From assembly GCA_963778115.1 (NCBI GenBank), contig CAVZSV010000005.1, forward strand, positions 160,001-224,000: a stretch of DNA of 64,000 nucleotides, in the 5' to 3' direction. How positions within the stretch are numbered: the first letter of the stretch is position 1; each line of letters starts with the position of its first letter. Shown here one piece after another: positions 39,530-50,637 of this stretch. This DNA is from an uncultured delta proteobacterium (GTDB lineage: Bacteria; Bdellovibrionota; FAC87; UBA2466). The position numbers and the translations under genes are program-made. Under the pieces are notes generated by a model that ran no database searches, was not told where the DNA came from, and was given only the letters and a program-made list of their open reading frames with translations.

Positions 39530-39615
39530 AGGTGTCACTCTCCCTTTGGGCTCAAAAGGTACGGGTTATGTAAAGATGACCCGTACCGAAAGGGCCCAAA
39601 AGGAGAGTGACACCT
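39530..39615. repeat. Nested palindromic (REP/MITE-like) element, copy 2, intact
   Basis: Outer stem AGGTGTCACTCTCC / GGAGAGTGACACCT and inner stem GGTACGGGTTAT / ATGACCCGTACC. Confidence 0.88.
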
Positions 39616-39636
39616 ATTAAGGACACCTATTAAGAA

Positions 39637-41148
39637 TCAATTCTCCATCACAGGACTCTTCGGCCCGGTCAACGGAATCTCAATCTTTATCGTGGCCTGT
39701 TTCTGGAGAGTCGCGACCCATTGGTTCATGATGTCAGACTGATAGGTCGTTGCTAGATTCTTTTCAATACCGTCCTGATTTTTATCGAAATCGGCGGGCT
39801 TTGCGAAATCGATGGACGCCAATTTAAGATAATAAAACTGCTCCTGATAAGGCGTCAGCTTCTTAGCCGTTGGTTGCGATTTAGAAAGTTCAAAGACGGC
39901 ATTTAGCAGGGGATCGGCCGGTCCCATTCCTGGAATCTGCCCTTGTCCTACCGCAAAGGGACCCGTCTTTTTCAGATCCACACCTGCTTTTTTGAGTTCT
40001 GGCTCTAGATTTTTCCCCTCCGCCAGAAGCTTGTCCCATTCCGTGTGCTTCGCTTCGATAAAGTCCTTCTCATGCTTTTCCGCAAAGAGCTTGGGCTCGA
40101 TCTCTTTTTTAGCTTCGGCCAATGTTTTTGTGACCGCTTCCCTTTTTTTATCTAGCTGAATGATGTAGTAGCCAAAAGTGGTCTCGATGACGGGACTTAC
40201 GGCTCCTAGATCAAGCTTACTAATGGCATTTTCCAGAGAGGGCTCCAAAGTTCCCCGATTTACCCAACCAACTTCACCGCCTTTTTTGGCATATTCGTCG
40301 TCTGACTTCGCTTTGGCCAGCTGTGAGAAATTTGAGGGGGTCACTTCTTTGGCGATGGCTTCAATCTTTTTGTGAGCCTCTTGCTTTTTCTCAGGGGTCG
40401 CTTGGTAAGGGATTCCGACACGAATCTGTTTAATCTGAACCCCCGCCGGTGTCGTAAAGTCTTTTTGATGGGCCGTAAAATAACTTTGGAATTCAGTTTC
40501 CGGCGTATTTTTCAAGAAAGCTTCCAAATCTTTCGCGGTGGGCTTTTGCTTCTTAGCCAAATCTTTGAAATCGATCTTGGCATATTGCAAATCGATTTTG
40601 GTATCGCGTAGATCGTATGCGGTTTTTAGCTCCTGAGGAGTCGGGCGAATCCGATCGGATATATAGCTTTGAAGTTTGCCCACTTGCATCTGCTCGCGCT
40701 GCATCTCTTCTAAAGCACCCCGGTTAGGCAATTTGGCGTAGTCTTCGGCGTCGAACTTTCCGTCTTTTTGGAAGTAGGGGGTCGTTCGGATGAGATCCGC
40801 CAGTTCGAAATCGGGGACCACAATTCCCATCTTTGAAGCTTGTTGAGAGAGCAGCTTATATTGGATGAGGTCGTTAAGGGTTCGCTGTGGGATCTGAAAC
40901 TGTTCGAGAAACTTATCGTCAAATTGACCGCCCAGAAGGGACTTATATTGGTAGGTCTTTCGTTCGAGGGCCTGCTTAAAGTCGCCCATTGAGATGGCGT
41001 CTCCATTTACCCAGGCCGCGACCCCACCGCTTTGGCCGCCACTTTTACCCATCTGGCCCACCCCGTAAAATCCCATTACCACGATAACCGCCAGGATAAT
41101 TCCCGTGTAGATGAGGTTATCTTGGTTTTTTCGCATGCTGTCTAACAT
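39637..41148 (-). CDS. ppiD: PpiD/SurA-like periplasmic peptidyl-prolyl isomerase chaperone
   Basis: MLDSMRK N-terminus plus TM, SurA-N-like region, parvulin motifs FSQLAKAKSDD..GGEVGW and ETTFGYYII. Confidence 0.8.
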   Translation of the reverse strand: MLDSMRKNQDNLIYTGIILAVIVVMGFYGVGQMGKSGGQSGGVAAWVNGDAISMGDFKQALERKTYQYKSLLGGQFDDKFLEQFQIPQRTLNDLIQYKLLSQQASKMGIVVPDFELADLIRTTPYFQKDGKFDAEDYAKLPNRGALEEMQREQMQVGKLQSYISDRIRPTPQELKTAYDLRDTKIDLQYAKIDFKDLAKKQKPTAKDLEAFLKNTPETEFQSYFTAHQKDFTTPAGVQIKQIRVGIPYQATPEKKQEAHKKIEAIAKEVTPSNFSQLAKAKSDDEYAKKGGEVGWVNRGTLEPSLENAISKLDLGAVSPVIETTFGYYIIQLDKKREAVTKTLAEAKKEIEPKLFAEKHEKDFIEAKHTEWDKLLAEGKNLEPELKKAGVDLKKTGPFAVGQGQIPGMGPADPLLNAVFELSKSQPTAKKLTPYQEQFYYLKLASIDFAKPADFDKNQDGIEKNLATTYQSDIMNQWVATLQKQATIKIEIPLTGPKSPVMEN

Positions 41149-41181
41149 AAGTTTTTCCTCAGCCTTCTAGCTCTGACCATG

Positions 41182-41301
41182 GCACCGTTCATAAGCCGTC
41201 GCTCTGTTCGTTATCCCCGGTGCGCGGGTACTCATTTACTTTCGGTAAACCCAGCTCTCGTGCTCGGGAATTCCTCGATATAGACGGTTTCTGAACGATG
41301 C
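41182..41301. repeat. About 120-bp structured intergenic palindromic element
   Basis: GCACCGTTCATAAGCCGTC pairs with GACGGTTTCTGAACGATGC (16/19); inner TTTAC-TTTCG-GTAAA hairpin. Confidence 0.5.
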
Positions 41302-41405
41302 GCCCCACTTTACCATCCGCGCCACCTGATTTGGTTACGAAACTTCTACGAAAGTACGCGTAAAAGTGTTACATATATGATGAAAGTACAATAAAATCAA
41401 AGACT

Positions 41406-42236
41406 GTGCCTGGTCAAAGAAAATACGCATTCTTCGCTTTGATAACATTATCCGTCTGCGTGCTGGCGCTCTATATTCATCGCCATCGCCAAGGTCAGAC
41501 CGGACGTATCGATAATCTTCTCATCTCCAGTGCTGGAGCGGTTCAGAAGCATCTATTCTACTTCAGCCACGGCTCCCGAACGATCCTTGACCACTACCTT
41601 CTTCTCGTAAACACCAAGCAACACAACGAGCAATTGGAAGCCGAGGTTGGCGAGTTACGCGGGCAGTTAACCGCGCTTAAAGAGATGGAACTAGAGAATG
41701 CGCGCTTAAGAGAGGCGTTGGACTTCAAAGCGCGTGCCGAACATCGTTTGGTCCCGGCCCACGTGATCGCTCACGATGTCTCGGGTGACTATTTTGAGAT
41801 ACGACTGGATCGAGGGACCGACGTGGGGGTGGAGAAGGGAATGGGGGTCATTAGCTCACACGGGGTGGTGGGGCGAGTGCTTCACGTGACCCCTCATTAC
41901 TCCGACGTCCTGACGCTCATCGATCCCACGAGTAGTATTGACGCTATCATTCAGCGCAGCCGGGCAAGAGGGATCTTATCCGGCCAGAGTAAACAATTGA
42001 CATGTAAATTGAAATATATCGAACGTCTAGACGACGTTCAGGTTAACGATACGATCTTATCTTCGGGCTACGACGATATCTTTCCCAAAGGATTGCTCAT
42101 GGGATATGTCACCGCCGTCTTGCCGAGTGCCAATGGGATACTGCAGACGGTCATGGTTAAGAGTGCCGTCGATATCTATCGACTGGAAGAGGTGTTCATT
42201 GTTTTTCCTGCCAGCGAGCCAAAAAAGACTTCTTAG
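41406..42236 (+). CDS. mreC: Rod shape-determining protein MreC
   Basis: Coiled coil ELENARLREAL, LDRGTDVGV, GVVGRV, SSGYDDIFPKG. Confidence 0.93.
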   Translation: MPGQRKYAFFALITLSVCVLALYIHRHRQGQTGRIDNLLISSAGAVQKHLFYFSHGSRTILDHYLLLVNTKQHNEQLEAEVGELRGQLTALKEMELENARLREALDFKARAEHRLVPAHVIAHDVSGDYFEIRLDRGTDVGVEKGMGVISSHGVVGRVLHVTPHYSDVLTLIDPTSSIDAIIQRSRARGILSGQSKQLTCKLKYIERLDDVQVNDTILSSGYDDIFPKGLLMGYVTAVLPSANGILQTVMVKSAVDIYRLEEVFIVFPASEPKKTS

Positions 42237-42255
42237 CAGCCTGAACCCGTTGTTC

Positions 42256-42762
42256 ATGGTCTGCTTCGTCTTTAGCCTTATTCTTATTCGCACCACCATG
42301 GATCCGCTATTTCCGAGCTGGTTTCGTCATTGCGACGTGCTTTTGCCTTTTGTGGTCTATTTGGGACAGCGCCGAAATCTTCCCGAAGGACTGATTTTGA
42401 CCCTCTTTTCGAGCCATATTTTTTCGTTGTGCAGCGCGGCACCTATCGGGGTTTTTACCACGAACTATCTTTTGATCTTTATAGTGGCGCGGCTTCTTAG
42501 CTATGTTGTTTATGCTAACGGATCGCTTTCGATCTTAGTCCTTATCTTCTCTTTGACGTTACTTTCGCATTTCACTCTAGCGCTGATTGTGACTTTCTTT
42601 GGCCATTCCTGGGGCGTGTTTGCAGGGGGGATTTCGATTCTATTGCGTGCCTTGCTCAACTCCGCTCTTGGCGGCATTATTTATGGGAGCTTGGTTGTTT
42701 TGGATCGAATGACGTTTAAGGCCCCTAGAATTAATATCGAGCTTTCGGAAGGCGAGCTATGA
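42256..42762 (+). CDS. mreD: Rod shape-determining protein MreD-like membrane protein
   Basis: Very hydrophobic ~170-aa ORF between mreC and mrdA; start uncertain. Confidence 0.7.
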   Translation: MVCFVFSLILIRTTMDPLFPSWFRHCDVLLPFVVYLGQRRNLPEGLILTLFSSHIFSLCSAAPIGVFTTNYLLIFIVARLLSYVVYANGSLSILVLIFSLTLLSHFTLALIVTFFGHSWGVFAGGISILLRALLNSALGGIIYGSLVVLDRMTFKAPRINIELSEGEL

Positions 42763-44828
42763 TCGGTCGCGAGGACGAAGTCCGTGAGTACCGCGGACGC
42801 GTCAAAGCATTTTACTATATCGTGTTTTTTGCCCTCTGCTTGATAGGCAGTCGCCTTTTCTATCTTCAAATAATGAAAGGCGAGGACCTACGGAAATATT
42901 CGGATGGAAACCGACTTAAGAAGGAACGCCTCTTTGCCAGTCGGGGGATTATCTACGACAGGAACGGTAAAATTATCGTCGATAATCGAGCCTCTTTTGA
43001 TGTGGTTTTACTCTCTCAATATTATACCGCTTCTCCCCAAGCTAATAGCAAGCTAGCTAAAGCGCTTGATATCGATCTCGAAGATCTGGAAAAGCGAATT
43101 TCCAAGATCTCTAGAATGCCTAGCTTCTATCCCATTCTGCTAAAGGCGGACGTTTCGAAAGACGTCATTGCCGCGGTCGAAATGGGAGCTATTGATGGTG
43201 ATTTTAAAGGGGTGGATATCGAAGCTAATGTTCAGCGTCGCTATCCGATGAAGGAGATTTCAGCCCAGCTATTAGGATATATCGGCGAAGTAGACACTAA
43301 AGACATTGCGGCCGATCCTCGAAAGCAACTTCAGCCCGGCGATTACATCGGCAAGATGGGGATTGAGCGCTATTACGACAACTATCTTAGGGGCTCTAAC
43401 GGAGTCGGCTACGTGGAAGTCGATGCGACAGGACGGCGTAAGAAATCGGAAGGCGCTGAAAAACTTTTAGGCTTTGTGACTCAAGACGAGCCCGTTACGG
43501 GCAAAGATATCTATCTGACGTTGGATGTAAATTTAGAAAAGGCCGCGGCCGATGCTATGAAATCTCGAAATTACAACGGATCAGTGGTGGCACTTGATCC
43601 CAGAACCGGCGAGATTCTGGCGATGGTGAACTATCCTTCGTATGACCCTCAGTACATTTCAGGCCGTGAAGTAAACGCCAAAGTATGGAATCAACTTCGC
43701 GATGATCCGGATAGGCCATTAAGAAATCGGGCAATTCAAGATCACTATCCGCCGGGCTCGACGTTTAAGTTATTCCTTGCGATGGGAGTGTTGGGCGAGA
43801 AAAAAGCGACCGCCCATACCTCGGTGAATTGTACAGGTCAATTAAGGTTCGGAAAGCGAACGTTTGCTTGCTGGAAGCGACACGGGACAGTGGATCTGAT
43901 CCACGCCATCAAAGAGTCCTGTGACGTATTTTTTTACGAGCAAGGGCTTTCTCTGGGGATCGACGAAATCGCCAAATACGCCCGCATGTTCGGATTAGGA
44001 AGTCGAACAGGGCTCAATCTCGCAGGCGAGCAAAAAGGGCTAATTCCCGACAGTAAATGGAAAGAGCAACGCTATCACGAGGCGTGGCAGCCTGGGGAGA
44101 CCTTAAGCGTCGCCATCGGCCAAGGGGCTGTGGACGTGACTCCCATTCAATTGGTCGACGCTTATGCGGCTATTGGCAACGAAGGCTTTTTGTGGCGCCC
44201 GTTCATCGTGAAAAAGATTGAGGGCAAGAACGGGTCGACCATGGAGGAAACTAAGCCACAGTTGACGCGAAAAATTGAACTACCTCCTGAAGTTTTTCAA
44301 ACGGTCAAAGAGGGGCTCTTTAAGGTCGTCAACGAACCGGGGGGTACTGCGACTTCAGGGCACAGCACCAAGACCATTATTTCAGGAAAGACGGGAACGG
44401 CACAGGTCAAAACCTTTACTGACATGAAGCATGTCAACTGCGCCCAATTAGATCTTAAAGACCGACACCACGCTTGGTTTGTCGGATACGCGCCCCGAGA
44501 TAATCCTCAGATCGCGGTGGCGGCGATTGCGGAACATGCTTGCCATGGAACGGCTGCCTCGCATGTGGTTAAGGATGTTATCGATGCTTTCATGGACGAG
44601 CAAAATGCATTAGCCCAAGCTCAGACCCAAGCCAAAGCACAGGAGAAAACTCAGCAAGGATCAGTGGAGCCGGCTTCCACTACTACTTCGACTTCACTCG
44701 TGGCGCCGTTAGCAATACCTGCCGTGGGGCACGTGGTTTCTCCCAGTAAAGCATCCAAAAAGCCCGAACCGCTCGTCATTAAACCGTCGGAGCCGCCCAA
44801 AGTTGAGGGAACAAATGATGATGAGTGA
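42759..44828 (+). CDS. mrdA: Penicillin-binding protein 2
   Basis: RGIIYDRNG, YPPGSTFK (SxxK), SCD (SxN variant), KTGTAQ. Confidence 0.95.
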   Translation: MIGREDEVREYRGRVKAFYYIVFFALCLIGSRLFYLQIMKGEDLRKYSDGNRLKKERLFASRGIIYDRNGKIIVDNRASFDVVLLSQYYTASPQANSKLAKALDIDLEDLEKRISKISRMPSFYPILLKADVSKDVIAAVEMGAIDGDFKGVDIEANVQRRYPMKEISAQLLGYIGEVDTKDIAADPRKQLQPGDYIGKMGIERYYDNYLRGSNGVGYVEVDATGRRKKSEGAEKLLGFVTQDEPVTGKDIYLTLDVNLEKAAADAMKSRNYNGSVVALDPRTGEILAMVNYPSYDPQYISGREVNAKVWNQLRDDPDRPLRNRAIQDHYPPGSTFKLFLAMGVLGEKKATAHTSVNCTGQLRFGKRTFACWKRHGTVDLIHAIKESCDVFFYEQGLSLGIDEIAKYARMFGLGSRTGLNLAGEQKGLIPDSKWKEQRYHEAWQPGETLSVAIGQGAVDVTPIQLVDAYAAIGNEGFLWRPFIVKKIEGKNGSTMEETKPQLTRKIELPPEVFQTVKEGLFKVVNEPGGTATSGHSTKTIISGKTGTAQVKTFTDMKHVNCAQLDLKDRHHAWFVGYAPRDNPQIAVAAIAEHACHGTAASHVVKDVIDAFMDEQNALAQAQTQAKAQEKTQQGSVEPASTTTSTSLVAPLAIPAVGHVVSPSKASKKPEPLVIKPSEPPKVEGTNDDE

Positions 44829-44831
44829 CGA

Positions 44832-45935
44832 ATGCTAAAGACGGAAAATCAAAATGTAATAAAGACCTTTAACGTGGGCCTGGTCGTGTCCACACTTCTT
44901 GTCTTTTTGGTGGGAAGTCTCACCCTCTACAGCGCGACCAAAGGATTAGGTTACGTGGGGCTGTACCGGGCCCAGTTGATATGGTTTTTACTGGGAACGG
45001 GAGTCGGAGCCCTTTTGCTTTTTCTGGACTCCCAAATCCTTGAGAAGCTTTCTTATCCTCTTTACGGAATCTGTTTGATTTTGCTGATGGTGGTGCTGGT
45101 TATCGGCAATATCGGGGGCGGATCCCAGCGTTGGTTAAATCTTGGTTTTTTTCGTCTCCAACCTTCGGAGTTTGCGAAACTTGCGATTATTTTAACGTTC
45201 GCCAAATATTTTGCGGATGATAAGAAAGGGCCTCCCTATACACTACGCAGACTGATTGTCCCCGGTATTATTCTTTTTCCGTATGTCATTTTGATCTTAA
45301 AGCAGCCAGATATCGGAACCGCTGGAATTTTATTTCTGGTAGCGGCTTCGATGGTGCTATTTCTTAAAGTATATTGGAAATCGCTTTTGATAGTGTTTGT
45401 AGCAGCGGGAATTATGCTCCCGCTCGCCTATAAATTCGCTTTGAGAGATTATCAAAGGGAGAGGGTTCATACTTTTCTGGATCCCGGAAGAGATCCCAGA
45501 GGCAGCGGATACAATGCCCTTCAATGTAAGATAGCGGTCGGTTCCGGCCAGTTGTTCGGCAAAGGGTTTCTAAAGGGAACGCAGGCCCAGGGAAATTTCA
45601 TTCCCGAGCAGCATACGGACTTTATTTTTTCGGTGTTTGCCGAAGAGCGTGGTTTTGTAGGGGGTATCGTCTTACTAGTCTTATATTTCATGTACTGCGT
45701 ATTTGCCTTAAGAACCGTCTCCCGAACGCGGGACAAATTTCAGATGCTTTTAGCGTTTGGCTGCACGGCCCTTATGTTCTGGCACGTTTTTATCAATATC
45801 GGCATGGTGAGTGGGGTACTGCCTATTGTGGGGGTAACGCTTCCGTTATTTAGTTACGGGGGCTCGTCGTTAATGACGTTTATGATTAGTACGGCGTTGC
45901 TGCTGAATTTGAGTCGGAAGAGGTATATTTTCTAG
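44832..45935 (+). CDS. rodA: Rod shape-determining protein RodA
   Basis: QPSEFAK, QPDIGT, PEQHTDFIFS, LPLFSYGGSS. Confidence 0.96.
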   Translation: MLKTENQNVIKTFNVGLVVSTLLVFLVGSLTLYSATKGLGYVGLYRAQLIWFLLGTGVGALLLFLDSQILEKLSYPLYGICLILLMVVLVIGNIGGGSQRWLNLGFFRLQPSEFAKLAIILTFAKYFADDKKGPPYTLRRLIVPGIILFPYVILILKQPDIGTAGILFLVAASMVLFLKVYWKSLLIVFVAAGIMLPLAYKFALRDYQRERVHTFLDPGRDPRGSGYNALQCKIAVGSGQLFGKGFLKGTQAQGNFIPEQHTDFIFSVFAEERGFVGGIVLLVLYFMYCVFALRTVSRTRDKFQMLLAFGCTALMFWHVFINIGMVSGVLPIVGVTLPLFSYGGSSLMTFMISTALLLNLSRKRYIF

Positions 45936-45951
45936 CTATTAAGATTCATTG

Positions 45952-48900
45952 TTAAACGACGCGACGATACTCCCCCCCCACTTCATACAACGCATGCGTC
46001 ATCTGCCCCAGCGAACATACTCTGGAAGCTTCTAACAGCGCCTCAAACAGATTTCCTCCGACTCTAGCTGTCTCTTTTAATTTTGCCAGAGCCGCTTTAG
46101 CTTCATTCGCGTGCACCGCCTGAAATTTGCGCAGGTGATCGATCTGCTCTTTTTTCTCCGCGGGAGTTGCGCGCGTCAATTGCGAATCTGATACCGTAGA
46201 AGACGCATCCGCCTTAGGATTAAGAAACGTGTTAACGCCCACGATAGGCAGTTCGCCTGAGTGTTTGCGGTGTTCGTAATAGAGCGACTCTTCTTGGATG
46301 CGCGATCTTTGGTAGTGCGTTTCCATGGCTCCTAAGACTCCACCTCGCATCGAAATCCTGTCGAATTCAGCGAGGACCGCTTCTTCCACCAAGTCCGTCA
46401 GTTCTTCGATGAAAAAACTTCCCTGAAGGGGGTTTTCGTTTTTCGCCCAGCCTAACTCCTTGGAGATAATCATCTGAATCGCCATGGCTCGCCTTACACT
46501 CTCTTCGGTGGGCGTGGTCACCGCTTCGTCGTAAGCGTTCGTATGCAAGGAGTTGCAATGATCGAAATAGGCGATGAGCGCTTGGAGGGTGGTTCGGATG
46601 TCATTGAAACTAATCTCTTGAGCGTGGAGCGATCTCCCTGAAGTCTGGATGTGGTACTTCAATTTCTGGCTTCGCTCTTTCGCTTGATACCGGTACTTCA
46701 TGGCAATGGACCAGATTCTACGAGCTACTCGTCCAATGACGGTGTATTCAGCGTCGAGGCCGTTACTGAAAAAGAAGCTAAAATTAGGGGCGAAATCGTC
46801 GATATTCATGCCGCGCGCCATGTAATATTCCGCAAAGGTAAATCCGTTGGCCAGAGTAAACGCCAGTTGGCTAATAGGGTTAGCTCCGGCTTCGGCGATA
46901 TGGTAGCCGCTGATGCTCACCGAATAGTAATTGCGGATCTGATGATCGATAAAATATTGCTGGATATCCCCCATCATCCTCAGGGCAAACTCGGTGGAAA
47001 AGATGCAGGTATTTTGGGCCTGATCCTCTTTAAGGATGTCTGCTTGAACGGTTCCACGGACTTTCTTAAGGGTATCGGCTTTGATCTTTTGCCATTCTTC
47101 GGGAGTGGGAGATTTGCCCGTCTCTTTGGTGAATCTGTCCACTTGCTGATCGATAGCGGTATTAAAGTAAAAGGCTAGAAGCATGGGAGCAGGGCCGTTG
47201 ATCGTCATCGACACTGAAGTATTGGGATCGCACAAATCAAATCCCTGGTAGAGGCGCTTGGCATCGTCCAACGTACAAACGCTGACCCCGCTTTCCCCTA
47301 CCTTGCCGTAGATGTCGGGACGTTCATCGGGATCCTGCCCGTAAAGCGTCACACTATCGAAAGCGGTGGAAAGTCGCTTGGCCTTCTCTCCTTCACAAAG
47401 AAGATGAAATCTGCGGTTAGTCCTAGCGGGGGTTCCTTCACCCGCGAATTGGCGCTTAGGATCTTCTTCGGATCGCTTAAACGGGAATACTCCCCCCGTA
47501 TAGGGAAAATAGCCTGGCAAATTTTCTCGCAATATAAATTTGGCTTGGTCCGCCTTTGAAAGAAAATGGGGGGGGACGATACGACGGATCTTATTCTGAC
47601 TAAGGCTCAAGGTTACCGTCGGGACATTGATATCTTGATCTCTGACTGGGTATCGGTATGTCTCGTTGGAGTAATCACTCTCTCTTTTGCGATAGTCCAG
47701 GATGGCTTTGGCGAACTCAGGGTCGAGTTGCGTTTGTCGTAAGGTCACGGCGCGTTTGAGGGCTTCTTGGACCTGGCTAGAAAGGGAAGCATCCTGACTT
47801 GCTATCTCAAGGGCCTCCAAGCTCTTTATTTGAGAAGCCGTCGCTAGTGCACGACGATGGTAATCGCGGACGGTATTAGAAATTTCGGACAGATAAAGCG
47901 ATCGGGTCTTGGGAATCAGTCCGAAATGGTCTTTTTCGTCGGGCTCAAAGGGTGTTGTGAGCGCTTTAGGCTCTGCGTGCGTGGCCTTTAGCGTATAAAG
48001 GTAATTAAAAGCCGCATCGACGCCGGGGTCCCCGAAGCGAGAGGCGATGGTTCCAAAAACGGGGTACTGGGAAGAAGAGAGGTTCTCAAATTCCCGATGG
48101 TTGCGGCGGAACTGGCGGCGAACCTCGTTAAGCGCATCAAGACTTCCTGATTTATCAAACTTATTGATCACCACCAAGTTCGCGTAATCGAGCATGTTGA
48201 TCTTTTCTAGCTGTGTAGGGGCTCCAAATTCGCTTGTCATGACATACAAATTCACATCGACCAAATCCACGATGGAAGTATCTGCTTGGCCGATGCCCCC
48301 GGTTTCTACAAAGATCCAGTCGAAGCCCGCATTTCTCAAAAGTAAGACGGCCTCCTTCGTGGCGTTGGATACCGAGACATTGGCCTCTCGGGTGGCAAAC
48401 GATCGCATAAAGCAACGGGGGTTTTTTAGACTATTCATTCTGAGCCTATCGCCCAGGAGTGCTCCACCGGTCTTCTTACGTGTTGGATCAATGGCCAGGA
48501 CCGCTATTCGAGTGGTAGCGTCTTTTTCGAGTAGTCTTAGAAGCAGTTCATCGGTAAGCGAAGATTTTCCGGCCCCTCCGGTGCCTGTGATCCCCACGAC
48601 CGTTGCCTTTCCTTTCTCGGGGGTTAAGGAGTTTCTTAGTTCAAGATAATCTTTCTTATGCGCGGGAGTGCTCGCAAATCCTTTTTCTCCAAGTTCAATG
48701 CAAGTAAGGGCTTGCCCCAAAGATTTTTCACTCGATCGGAATTGACCCAGCTTCAGCCAGTCTACGTTTTCGAGCGGAGAAAAATCGGACCGTTCGAGCA
48801 TGTGGTTGATAAGACCTTGCAGTCCCAAGGTTCGTCCGTCTTCAGGGGAGTAAAGTTTAGCGACACCATAGTGTTCCAGCTGTTTAATCTCACTGGGGGT

Positions 48901-49251
48901 GATCGTCCCCCCGCCTCCTCCGAAGACGCGGATATGAGAGCAGTGGGCGTCTTTGAGAAGATCGATGGCGTACTTAAAAAACTCCATGTGGCCACCTTGG
49001 TAGCTACTGATGGCGATCCCTTGAGCGTCTTCTTGGATGGCGGCATGGACGATTTCATAAACCGATCGGTTGTGCCCCAAATGAATCACTTCGGCACCGG
49101 AACTCTGTAAGATCCGGCGCATGATATTGATGGAAGCATCATGGCCATCGAAGAGAGAGGCCGCCGTAACGAATCTAACCCGATGTTTAAGAACGACGGG
49201 TAGGGCTAGAGGGGGCAGTTGGCTGACTGTGGGACTTTTCGGTGGTGTCAT
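45952..49251 (-). CDS. icmF: Fused isobutyryl-CoA mutase / MeaB-type GTPase IcmF
   Basis: B12-binding [23 protein letters not shown]-domain, mutase domain [13 protein letters not shown] and [10 protein letters not shown]. Confidence 0.93.
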   Translation of the reverse strand: MTPPKSPTVSQLPPLALPVVLKHRVRFVTAASLFDGHDASINIMRRILQSSGAEVIHLGHNRSVYEIVHAAIQEDAQGIAISSYQGGHMEFFKYAIDLLKDAHCSHIRVFGGGGGTITPSEIKQLEHYGVAKLYSPEDGRTLGLQGLINHMLERSDFSPLENVDWLKLGQFRSSEKSLGQALTCIELGEKGFASTPAHKKDYLELRNSLTPEKGKATVVGITGTGGAGKSSLTDELLLRLLEKDATTRIAVLAIDPTRKKTGGALLGDRLRMNSLKNPRCFMRSFATREANVSVSNATKEAVLLLRNAGFDWIFVETGGIGQADTSIVDLVDVNLYVMTSEFGAPTQLEKINMLDYANLVVINKFDKSGSLDALNEVRRQFRRNHREFENLSSSQYPVFGTIASRFGDPGVDAAFNYLYTLKATHAEPKALTTPFEPDEKDHFGLIPKTRSLYLSEISNTVRDYHRRALATASQIKSLEALEIASQDASLSSQVQEALKRAVTLRQTQLDPEFAKAILDYRKRESDYSNETYRYPVRDQDINVPTVTLSLSQNKIRRIVPPHFLSKADQAKFILRENLPGYFPYTGGVFPFKRSEEDPKRQFAGEGTPARTNRRFHLLCEGEKAKRLSTAFDSVTLYGQDPDERPDIYGKVGESGVSVCTLDDAKRLYQGFDLCDPNTSVSMTINGPAPMLLAFYFNTAIDQQVDRFTKETGKSPTPEEWQKIKADTLKKVRGTVQADILKEDQAQNTCIFSTEFALRMMGDIQQYFIDHQIRNYYSVSISGYHIAEAGANPISQLAFTLANGFTFAEYYMARGMNIDDFAPNFSFFFSNGLDAEYTVIGRVARRIWSIAMKYRYQAKERSQKLKYHIQTSGRSLHAQEISFNDIRTTLQALIAYFDHCNSLHTNAYDEAVTTPTEESVRRAMAIQMIISKELGWAKNENPLQGSFFIEELTDLVEEAVLAEFDRISMRGGVLGAMETHYQRSRIQEESLYYEHRKHSGELPIVGVNTFLNPKADASSTVSDSQLTRATPAEKKEQIDHLRKFQAVHANEAKAALAKLKETARVGGNLFEALLEASRVCSLGQMTHALYEVGGEYRRVV

Positions 49252-49446
49252 GATTATGGATTCAAGTGTTTCGAGCCGCGTCTATTCGTGTTCATTCGCT
49301 TCTATTCTCTTATCGGGTGTTCTCGGGATTCCCAAGAGAATAGGAGAGGTTAAGGACTATTTCTAAACTAAGATCGGTGTTAAGTATAGCTGTGCCGCTA
49401 CAAAGGAGAAACAAGCAGTGGGTAACGTAAGTAAGGTTATGCGACC

Positions 49447-50631
49447 ATGAGTGGAATCAAAGAGCTTCGCTTAATAGAAACCGCCGAAGAGCTAGCTCCT
49501 GTGGTTGACGCGTTACGCCAGGAAACCTCGATGGGCATCGATACCGAATTTATTCGTGAGACGACCTTCTATCCGAAGGTGGCTCTCATCCAAGTCGCCA
49601 CCGATAAAGCGGCCTGGCTTGTCGACCCCACCACGTTTACGCCTGAGACGCTAAAGCCGCTCCTTGACGTATTGGCTGACGAAAAGATTCTCAAAATCAT
49701 GCATGCAGCGCACTCCGATCAGGAGTGTTTCCATACGGCCTATCAGATGACGATTCACCCCGTCTTGGATAGTGCGGTTGCCGCGGCCCTCTTGGGGATG
49801 GGAGATAATTTAGGATTAGGGCGCCTATTAAAAGATCTCTTGAATATAAATCTGCCCAAAGGAAGGGCGAGGGCTCGATGGCTAGCGCGTCCTTTGTCGC
49901 CGGAGCTTTTGGAATATGCCGAACACGACGTGCTTTATTTGGTGAGGTTGGGAGAGATTCTCATAGAACGCCTTAAAGCGAAGGGGCGATATGAATGGGC
50001 GCTTGAAGAAAGCGTTGTGGATGCGGCCGTTTTTGATCAGACCCCTGAAGAGATGGCGCGTAAGATAGCCAAGAGCGGGCAGATCGATCCTAATAGTTAT
50101 TGCGTGCTTGTGGAGTTATTGGCATGGAGAGAGGGCAGGGCACGGCGATCGGATCTACCGCGCGCGTGGGTGGCCGACAACGAAACCATCATTGCGCTTT
50201 CCAAAGTAAAACCCAAATCTATCGAAGAGCTTAAGTCGTTTCGGGGGTTAAAGCCTAAAGAGGTGGAAAAGAACGGGAATTTTATTCTCGAGGCCGTACG
50301 CAAAGGAATTCAGGCTCCCAACCACTCTTACCCCAAGGTCCACCGATCTCCGACCAAGACAGACCGAGAGGAACACATCGTCGATCTTATTTTGTCTTAC
50401 ATCTCATTCTTGGGGGCTCGTTACGAGATCGCTAATCGATTTCTACTAAGCTCACAAAAGGCGTATCCCCTTTGGGTCCGCGCCGCCGAATCACCTGAGT
50501 CGTGGGTGACGGACGGTCTTATCTCGTCGAATGCGAATGCGCTTATCGGCAACGAATTAAAAGCCCTGATGGACGGCAAACGAGGCCTGGCTATCCGAAA
50601 TGGAAGGGTTGAGATTCTAGAATTGCCTTAA
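49447..50631 (+). CDS. rnd: Ribonuclease D
   Basis: GIDTEFIRETTFYPKVALIQ, WLARPLS..LEYAEHDV, HRDC-like region. Confidence 0.9.
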   Translation: MSGIKELRLIETAEELAPVVDALRQETSMGIDTEFIRETTFYPKVALIQVATDKAAWLVDPTTFTPETLKPLLDVLADEKILKIMHAAHSDQECFHTAYQMTIHPVLDSAVAAALLGMGDNLGLGRLLKDLLNINLPKGRARARWLARPLSPELLEYAEHDVLYLVRLGEILIERLKAKGRYEWALEESVVDAAVFDQTPEEMARKIAKSGQIDPNSYCVLVELLAWREGRARRSDLPRAWVADNETIIALSKVKPKSIEELKSFRGLKPKEVEKNGNFILEAVRKGIQAPNHSYPKVHRSPTKTDREEHIVDLILSYISFLGARYEIANRFLLSSQKAYPLWVRAAESPESWVTDGLISSNANALIGNELKALMDGKRGLAIRNGRVEILELP

Positions 50632-50637
50632 CGGGCC

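Noticed and set aside
36953..39634. CRISPR array
   Set aside because: Only two long repeats, about 1 kb apart once the IS is removed, with no spacer periodicity and no cas genes
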